The notes: generated from the sequence alone by a model not told the origin. 64,000 nt of DNA from Catajapyx aquilonaris (GCA_000934665.2 JYFJ02001109.1:1-64000), one strand, 5' to 3'; positions 47,201-59,094 are shown, counted from the stretch's first letter. Translations and numbers: made by a program.

Positions 47201-50200
47201 TGTTGGAAATGTTGTCGCAGCTCAACGTCTTGGTCGGAACATACGCCACATCCTCAGAGGGTTTGGACACCTCCGGGTTGAAGTCTACCCCATCTGCCGG
47301 GTCATCCCCTTTGACATAAGTGGTCAGCTGGGTCGTGGACGAGCTTCGGAAGAGGGTTGAGCTCTTGTCCGATTCTTCGGTTGGCCTTGCGAACTCCTGG
47401 AAGAAGATGGAGCATGATCGGACCTGATCAGACAGGATCGGACATTATTGACCAGAATCTGATCGGACAGGATAGGACCTGATCGGACAGGATCTGATCG
47501 GACATGATTGAGGAGGACCGGACAGTATTGAACAGGGCCTGATCGGACAAGATCGGACTTGTTCGGGTATGATTGAGCAAGACAGGACAGGATCGAACAG
47601 GATATGACCTGATCGGACATGATTGAGCAGGACTTGATCGGACAGTATTGACCAGGATCTGATCGGACAGGATAGGACCTGATCGGACATGATTGAGCAA
47701 GCCCGGACAGGATCGGACAGTATTGAACAGGGTCTGACGGACAGGATCGGACTTGTTCGGGAATGATTGAGCAAGACTGGACCTGATCGGACAGCGAGGA
47801 TCGAACAGGATCTGATCGGACAAGATCGAACAGGATCGGACATGATTGAGCAAGACCAGACCTGATCGGACAGGATCGAACATAATCGAACAGGATAGGA
47901 ACTTATCGGACATGACTGAGCAAGACCGGACCTGATTGGACAAGATCGAACAGGATCGGACATGATTGAGCAAGACCGGACCTGATCGGACAGGGTTTAA
48001 CAGGATAGGAGCTGATCGGACATGATTGGGCAGGATCGGAGAGTATTTAACAGGGTCTGATCGGACAGGATCGGACTTGTTCGGGCATGATTGAGCAAGA
48101 CCAGACCTGATCGGACAGGACCGAACAGAATAGGACCTTATCGGACATCACTGAGCAAGACCGGGCATGATTTAGCAAGACTGGACATGATTGAGCATGA
48201 CTGAACATGATTGAACATGATCGATCATGGTAGAACATGACCGACCCACCTGGAAGTCCTTCCGTTCCAGCATGGGGGAATCCATGTCAGAGAGGTCAAC
48301 GCTGCCCAGCGAGAACCTCCACCTCTTCTTACGGGTCGGGGTGGCGGTCAGCGATGCGGTGCTGCCATCTTTGGACTCACTTCGACGCAAGAGTTCAAAC
48401 CTCTTGCCCATCTTCCGGCCCCAAGTGGAGAAACCTGAGGGAAAAAGACTCACATGTAATTCCCAGTAAGATCCCCCACAAGCCATCTTGATAACCTGGT
48501 TTAAAACACGGGATTCCCACGGAGGTCAGTGGTTCCAACCGTGGACATCGCGAGTAATTTTCGGACATTTAAATGGCCCCTTCCCCGAAATTTTTTCGTA
48601 TTGTTCTCGTACCTAGGTTCCCATAACCCCGTTCCTTCGGGGGTGGTACGCCGGATATTCATAGATTTCACTAGAGACTATTCCCACTTTATGGAAGCTG
48701 ATGAAACTAAGTCTGTCTGTCTGTTATTTGTCATTGGTGGCAAGCATGCTCGGTAAATCGACAGAAACGTTATGCTTTCGTAATGGGAGACCCCACACAT
48801 TTACCTACTCTCCAAAGTGTATCCGCTGAAGGATAGGCGTGGATCCGCTGGTAAGGAAGTAGGTTGGTACTGTACCATTAGTACAGCGTGCCCCTACCGC
48901 TGCCACATTCGGTCTCCCATTACGAAAGTCTTTCTGACAAAAAATTATGTTTAAAATTTTTATTTATTTACACCCCATTGGGAGAATCGGCGCTCCATTA
49001 GGGGGGTGGAGTACCACCATTGGATGGATGGAAGGAGGCGGCTGTGGCCTATTCCTTCCGACAAAAAAATGTTTTCCACTTATCTCGCTAAACAGACAAA
49101 AATTAAGTGGAATAATGTAAATCAAGAATTGATTGGCTAGTTACTACGATAGGTACGATTTACAACCGGTCCTCAACCAGCTTTTAGTGGGTCCGAAATA
49201 TTTTACGAGCGCACCTTTTTCCATGTGAACAAACCCGGCCCATTTGCTAAGGGCCAAAAAGGACCCCCCCAACCGAATAAATCGACGGGGTTAAGTTGGA
49301 ACCGGGCCCAAACTGGGGAGGGACATCAATTTTATTTTAAAGACTAGGAACGACCCTTAAAAAGGGATCATGTATTTTTCATGTATGGAGAAGGAATATG
49401 GTCCAAGTTATGTCGTTTAAATAATGGCTTGAATATTTTTGAGTAACAGTCAGTCGTCGAAAGACGGTTTGAGATAGGGTACTCAAACTGTCAAAGGTCG
49501 ATTGAAGCATGATATTTTTTGAGTGACAGTCAGTGGCGGAAGATATTTTGAATCACTCAAAACTGTCAAAGAGGAATAGATTGATCCATCGATTTATTTT
49601 TTGAGTAATATTCATCGGAGTACATTTTGAGTCACTCAAACTGTCAATATGAGTCCATTGCTCCACGATATATTTTTTGAGTAAAGGTAACTCAATTTTT
49701 TGAATGAAATACTCTGTTTAGAGTTAACTCGGCAGAATTTGAGCTCAAATAATAATATTATTTATATATATATATAAAAGTTTGTGTGACATTTGAAGTC
49801 CTAACTAAATGTGTCTTAGACTATTTTGCTTATCGTCACTCATAGAAAGACATGAGTCACTCAAAACAAATACTGTCAAGCTGAGTCCATTGCTCCGCGA
49901 CATATTTTGAGTGACGTTCACTCATTATTTGAGTGAAATTAAAATTTGTTTAGTTAGCTCTGTATAATTTGAGTAAAATATTTTTCAATGCCCTTTTTTG
50001 AGCAAAATTATTTGTTTACAGTTAGCTCTGCAGAATTTGAGCTAAAATATATTTCGGAATCATTTTTTGAGCTAAATAATAATTTGTTCAGTTATCTGTG
50101 GAGAATTTGAGCTAAAATATTTTTAGAACCATTTCTTGAGCGATATATAAAAAATTTGTTTACAGTTATAGCTGTGTAGATTTTGAGCTAAAATATGTCA

Positions 50201-53200
50201 AAATCCTTTTTTGAAGGAAACAATTTGTTTACAGTTAGCTGTGCAGATTTTGAGCTAAAATATTTGTCAAAATCCTTTTTTGAGTGAAACAATTTGTTTA
50301 CAGCTAGCTAAGGTGCAGAATTTGAGCTAAAATATTTTTAGAACCAGTTTTTGGGCGAAATAAAATTTTGTTTACAGTTAGCTCTGCAGAATTTCAGCTA
50401 AAATATTTTTAGAACCCGTTTTTGAGCGAAATAAAAAAAATTACAGTAAGAGTGCAGTTTGTGAGCTAAAATATTTGTCAAAATCCTTTTTTGAGTGAAA
50501 TTATTTGTTTACAGTTATCGGTGCAGAATTTGAGCTGAAATATTTTTTAAATCCATTTTTGAGCGCAATAAAAATTTGCTTACAGTTAGCAGATTTTGAG
50601 CTAAAATGTTTTTAGAATATTATATTAGAATGTAGGCTACAATATATAGAATATTTTTGAACGAAATTATTTGTTTACAGTTAGCTGTGCAGATTTTGAG
50701 CTAAAATCTTTTTAGAACCAGTTTTTGAGCGAAATTATTTCGGTTTACAGTTAGCTCTGCAGAATTTGAGCTAAAATCTTTTTAGAACCAGTTTTTGAGC
50801 GAAATTATTTCGGTTTACGGTTAGCTCTGCAGAATTTTAGCTAAAATCTTTTTAGAACCCGTTTTTGAGCGAAATAAAATTCTGTTGAGAGTTAGCTCTG
50901 CAGAATTTGAGATAAAATATTTTCAGAATCCGTTTTTGAGCGAAATTATTTGTTTACAGTTAGCTCTGCAGAATTTGAGCTAAAATATTTTTAGACCCCG
51001 TTTTTGAGCGAAATAAAAATTTGTTTACAGTTAGCTCTGCATAATTTGAGTTAAAAATCTTTCCCTTTACTCTGATCATTTCGAGTGACATTTTCGCTCA
51101 AAAATACATATATACATACCAGTATCATCTATTTGTTATACCAAACGAGCTCATTATTTACAGTCTCACGCTGTAAACACGAGCCTGCACAAACTCGCTC
51201 CTATCTAGACATCTTAATCATCTCGCTTCCAGGCAAAAAATCGCTCGCTGGCGACATTTGCAGACGGAAATTTAATATGACTTTATGGAGTGGGCGGAAT
51301 CCGCAATGAGTTCTGGGTGAGCCTGGTTTCTACTATAGGGTGCCCTCCCATACCAGACCCTCCCATATACCCTCTCCCCCCATACTCCCCTCCCCCCCCC
51401 CCAGCATCCCCTTTTATTGATTGGAAGACTAAGTCTAAAGCGACGCAGGACGTCGACTCTTTGGGGGTCTGGCTCTTCTCTCGCCAACTGCTGCATCATG
51501 GGTTTATTCCGCACTGCGAACGAGCGAGAAGAACCAAAAGAGCGAGAGACAAAAACTGGTTTTACCATATGGCAGGTGGCCTGCCACCATAAGCGTGAGA
51601 AATAATTTCAGAAGAAAATAATGATGGATGGTGAATCTTCAAAAAAAATCGCCGCGAAAAAAGTCTTATAGCACGCCTCTGTCTGTCAGATACCTGTCCA
51701 CAGACAGACAACTACCGTTCTATAAGACTTTTTTCCTTCGAAAAAGTTTTATAGCACGCCTCTGTCTGTCTGATACCTGTCCACAGACAGACAGCCGTTC
51801 TATAAGACTTTTTTCCTTCGAAAAAGTCTTATAGCACGGCTCTGTGTGTCTGACACCTGTCCACAGACAGACAGAGAGCCGTTCTATAATACTTTTTTTC
51901 TTCGAAAAAGTCTTATAGAACGGCTGTCTGTCTGTGGACAGGTATCATACAGACAGGCGTGCTATTAAGACTTTTTCGCGGCGATTTTTTTTGAAGCGAT
52001 TTTTTTGAAGGTTCACCATCCATCAGTATTTTCTTCTGAAATTATTTCTCACGCTTATGGTGGCAGGCCACCTGCCATATGGTAAAACCAGTTTTAGCCG
52101 TTGTCAGTGGACAGGTATCAGACAGACAGCCGTTCTATAAGACTTTTTTCCTTCGAAAAAGTTTTATAGCACGTCTCTGTGTGTCTGACACCTGTCCACA
52201 GACAGACAGACAGCCGTTCTATAAGACTTTTTTCCTTCGAAAAAGTTTTATAGCGCGCCTCTGTCTGTCTGTGGACAGGTATCAGACAGACAGCCGATCT
52301 ATAAGACTTTTTTTCTTCGAAAAAGTCTAAATTTTTAAAGAGAAAATATGGCAGATGGTGAGTCTGTTCATGCCTCAAAAAAATCGCATCGATTTTGAGA
52401 CACTTGCTATATTTTGAGCTAATAATGAAAAAAAAATCGCTATGAAAAAGTCTTATAGCACGGCTCTGTCTGATACCTGTCCACAGACAAACAGAGGCGC
52501 TTTATAAGACTTTTTTATTCGAAAAAGTCTTAATAATTTTATTAAGAGAAAATATGGCAGATGGTGAGTCTGTTCACGCCTCAAAAAAAATCGCAGCGAT
52601 TTTGAGAAACTCGCTATAAATTGAGCAATACCTTTGATGACATCTGAGTGTGTCGACCCCAAATTTTGATGAATCAAAATAAAATCAAAATAATTTTTTT
52701 TTGAGAACGTATGTTGGCTGGAAAGCCAGTTCACGCTTTCAAAAAAAAATCGCTGCGATTTTTTTGCTAACTTTTGTTAAAAGGTAACTATTTAATGGAC
52801 TTATTGTCAGAACGTTCAATGCTTAATGACATAAGTGTGTTGACCCCAGAGTAATTTGATGACTTAACATTCCTTCGATTCGGGTCAATCTACGCCAAGG
52901 TCTCACCAGCGCCATCTGTTGGGCGTTTTTTTGTTTTTTTTTTTTGGAAAAAGGGACCTATTAGTAACCTGGCCTTCAGGTAAATGGTGTCGGCTTTTCA
53001 GAACTCAAAAAGGCGGCTATTTTGAGCTCCCCCTTTTGGCTTTTACAACCCTCTACGGACTCAATCAACCGAAAGGGCCAATCGTCACACTCTACTTACT
53101 GACCGGAAAAAAAGGTCATACGTTTGTAAAAAAAAATTAAAAGCCGTACGAGGCTATGTTCTAAATATTAGCCCCGCCCACTAGGGGAAATTTCGAGTTT

Positions 53201-54330
53201 CACTTGCATCTTTGTTGTAAAATTCGGTAATTAACGGTTGTTTACACTGTTGCGACATGTGTTGCGTTTTTTTTTTTTGTAAGCCTCGAGGGGGGTCAAC
53301 TGCATTAGCGACGGGGTATTCACAAGCTGTGAAACGTTGAGTGCCATTAGCAGGCGAGTAAATTAGCGATTATGCAATTAGCTGATGTTGTAACAACAAT
53401 TAGTAACACCAACACTTCAACTAAGATCACAATTTTCAGCAGTTAACAAAGTGGAAATTGCATTAAAACATTATATTGGCAATATGTGACTGTCCGCGGT
53501 GAGTCATCAGTTGGCCAGCGCCTGTTGGCGATTTTTTTCACTGCTTTTTTATTTCGGTCGGAGATTCTCCCATATTTTGAGTCATTTTCACTCATAGGAA
53601 TACATGAGTCAATCAAAACTGTCAAGATCAGTCCATTGCACGACCAAATATTTTTTGAGTGACGATTACTAATTTTTTTGAGCGAAATAAAAATTTGTTT
53701 ACAGTTAGCCATGCAGAGTTTGAGCTACAATATTTTTCACACTCCTTTTTTTGAGCGAAATAATTTGTTTACCGTTAGCTGTGCAGAATTTGAGTAAAAT
53801 ATTTTCCAAACTCCTTTTTTTGAGAGAAATAATTTGTTTACAGTTACCTAAAGGTGCAGAATTTGAGTTAAAATATTATTCAACCTTTTTTTTGAGCGAA
53901 ATAATTTGTTTACCGTTAACTGTGCGGAATTTGAGTTAAAATATTTTCTAAACTCCTTTTTTTTTGAGCGAAATAATTTGTTTGCCGTTAGCTGTGCGGA
54001 ATTTGAGCTAAAATATTTTCCAAACTCCTTTTTTTGAGTGCAGAATTTGAGTTAATATTTAAATATTTACCGTAATTTAAGTGGATAGTTCAACTGACCT
54101 TTCCTGAGTGGACTCAGGTTCTCCTCGACCACCATGGCAGGTACCGCTGTGACAGTTCGGTACTTGGCCCCTTCTTCTTCACCATCCCCATCCTCCTGTC
54201 CCAAGTGGCCCATAGGGACTGTTGGCCCAGGGCTGTTGGCGCCATTGTTGGCTCCATCAGAGTGGATTGGCGACAGGCTAACTAGTTGAGGAGCCGCCGA
54301 GTCGGAGAAGCGACGCCGAAACAGGCGCAT
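44180..54330 (-). CDS. arc: Two-PDZ-domain scaffold protein, Arc-like (PDZD2/IL-16-type PDZs); 7 coding exons, 2214 nt, 737 aa
   Basis: join(complement 54330-54099, 48434-48250, 47396-46381, 46323-46109, 45549-45172, 45106-44965, 44225-44180). All introns GT..AG with consistent phases (1,0,2,1,1,2). PDZ1 [36 protein letters not shown]2 [39 protein letters not shown]. Orthology to Drosophila arc is from recalled motifs ([31 protein letters not shown]) and the 2-PDZ layout, and is less certain (~0.6) than the gene model. Confidence 0.9.
44590..44935. repeat. ACAAATC degenerate repeat filling intron 6 (also 45570-45670 in intron 4)
   Basis: Recurring GACAAATCATTCACAAATC words. Confidence 0.7.
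44965..45106 (-). CDS. PDZ gene coding exon 6 (C-terminal half of PDZ2)
   Basis: [59 protein letters not shown]; donor AG|GTACGA. Confidence 0.92.
45172..45549 (-). CDS. PDZ gene coding exon 5 (linker plus N-terminal half of PDZ2)
   Basis: [40 protein letters not shown]; donor G|GTATAA followed by a 65-bp intron. Confidence 0.92.
45680..46010. repeat. TGAATCA repeat in intron 4
   Basis: Recurring GAATCACTGAATCA in both orientations. Confidence 0.75.
46109..46323 (-). CDS. PDZ gene coding exon 4 (C-terminal half of PDZ1)
   Basis: [52 protein letters not shown]; donor A|GTACGT. An in-phase alternative donor lies 15 nt further on. Confidence 0.88.
46381..47396 (-). CDS. PDZ gene coding exon 3 (Ser-rich region plus N-terminal half of PDZ1)
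   Basis: TCTTCTTCCAG|GAG; open for 1016 nt, includes [13 protein letters not shown] and DSDSGI; donor AG|GTATGT followed by a 57-bp intron. Confidence 0.92.
47412..48240. repeat. GATCGGACAG 10-bp-based satellite occupying nearly all of intron 2
   Basis: Continuous GATCGGACA/GATTGAGCAAG repeats running up to both splice sites. Confidence 0.9.
48250..48434 (-). CDS. PDZ gene coding exon 2
   Basis: [42 protein letters not shown]; donor CAG|GTGGGT. Confidence 0.88.
48775..48928. mobile_element. 154-bp MITE-like element with perfect 18-bp inverted ends
   Basis: CTTTCGTAATGGGAGACC / GGTCTCCCATTACGAAAG; a relative lies at 4221-4405. Confidence 0.7.
48955..49055 (-). mobile_element. 5'-truncated family-B SINE (end of body plus hairpin tail)
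   Basis: Minus strand ATAGGCCACAGCCGCCTCCTTCC..CCCCCCTAATGGAG..CTCCCAATGGGGTGT followed by an A-rich tail. Confidence 0.75.
49430..51060. repeat. ~68-70-bp satellite in intron 1 (second patch 53570-54055)
   Basis: TTTGTTTACAGTTAGCTCTGCAGAATTTGAGCTAAAATATTTT units; 70-bp period at 50701/50771. Confidence 0.9.
51552..52095. repeat. Long inverted repeat (~185-bp arms) enclosing self-palindromic ~80-bp units; array continues to ~52530
   Basis: AAAACTGGTTTTACCATATGGCAGGTGGCCTGCCACCATAAGCGTGAGAAATAATTTCAGAAG is mirrored at 52030-52095. Units read AAAAGTCTTATAG..CTATAAGACTTTT. Confidence 0.85.
54099..54330 (-). CDS. PDZ gene coding exon 1 ([21 protein letters not shown]..)
   Basis: ATG at 54330; donor AAA G|GTCAGT is phase 1 and joins exon 2. 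An acceptor CTTTTTCCAG at 54366 implies an upstream non-coding exon. Confidence 0.8.
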
Positions 54331-54629
54331 CTTCTCCTCAAAGTCTGGTGTCCAACATACAAAGTCTGGAAAAAGGTTTCAAGAGGGGTTAATGGACAGA
54401 TGGGGGCATGGGTTTCGAACCCGTTTTGTACCCATTTTCACATTTTGTTTATGCTGGGTAGAGGGCGATGTTAAGGTTACAAGTGGAGTAACCTGTGTTT
54501 CTACGGCCATATACGGCGCGTTAGATTCAAAGGGCCGTATTCAGAGTCGTTCGCTAATGCAGCGCAAAAGTCCACTCCATAACTAGTGCGACGCTAGGTC
54601 CGCATTAGCGCCACACGAGTTGCTCCCAT

Positions 54630-55130
54630 ATAAATAAATAAATAAATACGAATAAGTAAATAAACAAATATGAGCAAGTAAATAACTAAATAATTAAATA
54701 CATAAATACAAGTACCGGTACGTAAATAAATCAATATGAGCAAGTAAATAGATAAATGTGAGCAAGTAAATTAATAAACAAATTTAAAAATATCAGCCAG
54801 TAAATAAATAAATATTAGCAAGTAAATGAATGAATAAATAAATGTCAGCAAGTAAATATATTTAAATTAATAAATATAAGCAAGTAAATATATTTAAATA
54901 AATATCAGCAAGTAAATAAATACGAGTACGTAAATAAATAAATACGCGTACGTAAATAAATGTGAGCAAGTAAATAAATTCGATCAAATAAATAAATAAA
55001 CGTATTTTCTAGGGCCATTTAGGACACTAGTCGATTTTAATAATATGGTCGTTACTAAGGAATACTCAAACAAAATTAATATGCCAGTAAATAAATGCGG
55101 GTAAATAAATAAATTAATTAATTAACGTAT
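54630..55130. repeat. AT-rich AGCAAGTAAATAAAT repeat
   Basis: Recurring GCAAGTAAAT and (TAAA)n. Confidence 0.8.
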
Positions 55131-55226
55131 AATTATCTTCTAGTACCATTTAGGACACTAGTAGATTTAAATAAATAATTATTGTGGTCGTTACTAAAAA
55201 TACACACAAATAAATTATACGAGTAA

Positions 55227-55334
55227 CCCAGGTAGCACAAAAAGTTGGGCCAATATTGGACCAATGTTGGCCCAAGATTCAAGCTATTGGGCCGACATTC
55301 GCCCAATATTGGCCCAAATTTTGTGCTACCTGGG
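55227..55334. mobile_element. 108-bp CMC/EnSpm-like MITE
   Basis: TAA|CCCAGGTAGCACAAAA .. TTTTGTGCTACCTGGG|TAA with internal TTGGCCCAA repeats. Same terminus as the 37127-41020 nest. Confidence 0.75.
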
Positions 55335-56384
55335 TAAATATATATACGTAATTTCGGAGTCATTTTGACACTGGTAGATTTAAGTAAATAACATGGTCGT
55401 TACTAAAGAATAAATAAATGCAGGTTACGTCATTAGATCATCTCAGTATTGTCACCTCATGCCCAAACTATGCAAAAAAAACTTTTTTTTTTCATAAAAA
55501 GTGCATATGTGGCAAGAACATAGTGAAACACTCTCGGTTTTTTACTATTGTTGCATCTTGCATGGGAAAGTCACGCTCCACGCAAAAAAAGGGTCAAAAC
55601 TCTCTCCACTAGCAACATTTTAAGGCGATTTTTAATGGCCATGCTTGTAAGATAACTTCAGATTAAGCTCATAACGGCGAGAGGGGTAATGAGCCTCATT
55701 TTCATAAATTACTAACATTTTCTAATCCTAAGAAAAAGTAATGGGTGGGGCCTACTGAAAATCAAATGTATGTCATTTATATTCTGGAAAAAACAAATTT
55801 TTTTGTGGATTTAAAAACAGTTGCATAAATAGCAGCTGTTGGTATCACGCCAACAATCGCTTAGGGGCTACATTTTTTTCAACAATTCCTCCCCCCAAAA
55901 AACTGATCCACTTTCGCAAAAGGTCAAATTTTTTTTCGGATAAAAGATGGCGCTTGCCTCATTTTTTTTCAAGTACCCCCCCCCCCCCCAAAAAAAAATC
56001 TCAGGACAATGACATGGTAACAATGACCTCTTAAGTTTTTTTTACTACCGAATCGCAATCAGATGTAACAATTGACACTTGGATTTATCAAGTGCGTAAT
56101 TGACAAGCCGGTTTTGGTATGCCGGGCATGGGGATCGGCCAAGTTCAATCGTGACCTCTGGTGACCTCGAGTGGTGGGTTCAATTTACATTTTTTTTTGT
56201 AGCTTGGTTGGTGCATGTCCAAGGGCTGATCCTGAAAATAATTTGGTCAGCTCTAAAGGCTGGTACTATCACCTGTTGTAAGTTATGGCATCGATAACTT
56301 TCAGATATGATGGGGCCTAATCGTAAAAATTATTAGCAATAATTAGGAGACACATTTTTTTTTGCGATTATACCCTGTTAGTGG

Positions 56385-57565
56385 TACATTTTCTGCAAAT
56401 ATTACACACTGATCTGGATACATTTTCTGTATTATATTTTTACCCTGATCGCGATACATTTATATAAATATTTGACTCCGATCACACGATACATTTTCTG
56501 CATATATTTTACCCTGATCACGACACATTTTTTTTCGAATATATCACCATGATCGCGATATATTTCTGTAAATATTTTACCCAGATCTGGATACATTTTC
56601 TGCATATATATTTTACCCTGGTGGCGATTTATTTTCTGCATATTTTTACCCTGATCTGGATACATTTCCTGCATATATTTTACCCTGGTGGCGATTTATT
56701 TTCTGCATATTTTTACCCTGATCTGGATACATTTTCTGCATATATTTTACCCTGATCTGGATACATTTCCTGCATATATTTTACCCTGGTGGCGATTTAT
56801 TTCCTGCATATATTTTACCCTGGTGGCGATTTATTTTCTGCATATTTTTACCCTGATCTGGATACATTTTCCGCATATATTTTTTACCCTATTCGTGACA
56901 AATTTTTGCATATATTTTACCCTGATATGAGTATGCTACAAATATGTTACCCTGATCATATATTTTTATTTGTAAATATTTTACCCTGATCCAAGTATAC
57001 TGATCATGACATATTTTAGTTGTAAATATTTGACCCTGATCGTGATACATTTTCTCCAAATATATTTTACCCTGATCAAGGTGAAATATTTGCTGAGAAT
57101 ATATCACGATCAGGGTAAAATATTTGCAGTATATTCAGATCAGGATAAAATATTTGCAGTATATTCAGATCGGGGTAAAATATTTGCAGTATATTCAGAT
57201 CATGATAAAATATTTGTAGTATATTCAGATCATGGTAAAATATTTGCAACTAAATATTGCGACAATTATTTGCAAAAAAATAATTGGTGCAATTTCTAGC
57301 TGCAAATATTTTACCCTGATCGCGATATATTTTCAACAAATATTTCAGTGATCAGGGTAAAATATTTGGAGAAAAAATGTATAAGCACGATCAGGGTCAA
57401 ATATTTGCAACAATTATTTGCAAAAAATAATTGTTGCAAATATTTTACCCCGATCTGAATATACTGCAAATATTTTACCCTGATCATGATATACCGTATT
57501 TTGAGCAAATATTTCACATTGATTGGGATACATTCGCAGCTAATATTTTACCCTGGCCAAAATAT
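56385..57565. repeat. ~30-bp TATTTTACCCTGATC minisatellite with internal inversions
   Basis: Tandem TTTTACCCTGATCTGGATACATTTTCTGCATA units, with inverted GATCAGGGTAAAATATTTG blocks at 57105-57250 and 57350-57410. Confidence 0.9.
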
Positions 57566-58265
57566 TTTGTGAAAAATATTTTTTTACCCGAGCGATATTT
57601 TCCCCTACAAATATTTTACCTTTTAGTAATATACTCCAACAATATCCTCCCCATATTTGACCATAATTCACCACATGTTGAACGATGCTTTTAGCATCCG
57701 CATTAATACAAAGCGAATTTCTAGTGAAGGGATGCTGGAGTCGACAAATCAATAATTCACAACATTGCAATTTACTCCCCCTCACTCCCTCATCCCCCCC
57801 GCCTTCCCCCTAGCTATTATGAACGACACTTTCGCACTTCTGACTCACGTTGTAAATAATTGATGTTTTTACAACCCCTGGGTTTTCCTATATGAAAACA
57901 TCGATATCGACTCGATGTCAGCGACATCTGCCAAACGCGTCTCCAAACGCGATCAATCTTCCCCCTCCAATCCCCCCCACAAAAAGTTCTGTCAAACCAA
58001 TAGGGAGCCCTCGATTTTCAGAAGATGGCCTTTGTTGCCTTTTCACAGGAAAGAAGAAAAGGTTCCAGGATATGGAGTCGGGTTACATTTTCCGGGTTTT
58101 TCATTTTTTAAATTTTTTTTAAAGTGTAAAATTGAAAGTGGTGTGTACACGTGCATGACCCTTAATCGGTGATTAGCAATTATGATCTTGAAATTGTGCT
58201 AATTGCTTTCACTTTCTGAGCAGGTGAGGAATTCTGGGATTCCAAAGGAAAAAAGACCGTATCTG

Positions 58266-58363
58266 CAAAACTAGTAAGGGTGAAAGTCGCGTGCATGCCC
58301 TGCACTAATCTCCCTCTGGCCCAGTGCAGGGCATGCACGCGACTTTCACCCTTACTAGTTTTG
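58266..58363. repeat. Perfect 41-bp inverted repeat with a 16-nt loop
   Basis: CAAAACTAGTAAGGGTGAAAGTCGCGTGCATGCCCTGCACT (58266-58306) and its exact reverse complement (58323-58363). Confidence 0.95.
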
Positions 58364-59094
58364 GAAGATATTGTGTTTCTCCTTTGGACAGCAGAAATTT
58401 TCGTCCAATTCGGACGAAAAAATGTCGGACGAAATGTATTCGGTCGAATATGATACGGGTGAAAATGCTTCACCCCCGAAAACAGTTCCGCCGAAACCTC
58501 ACCACACTGTGTCAGGTCTATTAAAAACACCCAACACTATTCGTATATCTTGTAACATCCTTACTCTTAAAATAAATTTGGGCGTTTTTTTTGTGACATA
58601 CCGCAAGATGGCGTTTTTTTTGTTCGGCCGAATTTCTAGATTTCAGTCTAGTGAGAATGGAACTTGATATATGACCATTTAAGGAAGTGGATTGTTATCG
58701 GCTCCTCCGCAGTTTCTGGAACGGGTTTCCAATCAAGGCATCAGTTCCACATTGTTGGCACGCAAGGGTCCATAGCACCCCCCCCCCCCCAAAAAAAAAG
58801 TATCAAAAAATGGTGGAAGGGCGAAAAAATATTTTGGGGGATTTTTTTTTGGCTCAAATCTCTTAAGTTTTCTTCCGCTAAAAATTGAATTTGTGCTATA
58901 CAGTGTGTTATGACATGCGAATGTGACGTCACGCTGTCCAAATCACATATCACGGTCCGTCACGCTGGGGTCAACTCCCTAGCGTGGCGTACTTTTAAAT
59001 TGTTGTATCCAAAAAGTTTGCAACAATTGTTGCAAGTTCGTTAAATTGTTGTAAAAACGAACCGTTCACAGTTTAAAATGTAATAATATAAATA

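Noticed and set aside
47428..47973. 181/172-aa ORFs collinear with the PDZ gene
   Set aside because: Intron-2 satellite. Exons 2 and 3 join in phase without it.
33005..48705. Hammerhead cores at CTGATGA sites (~33006, ~34637, ~39186, ~48698)
   Set aside because: No stem II between CUGAUGA and GAAA, and no closing stems visible by eye.
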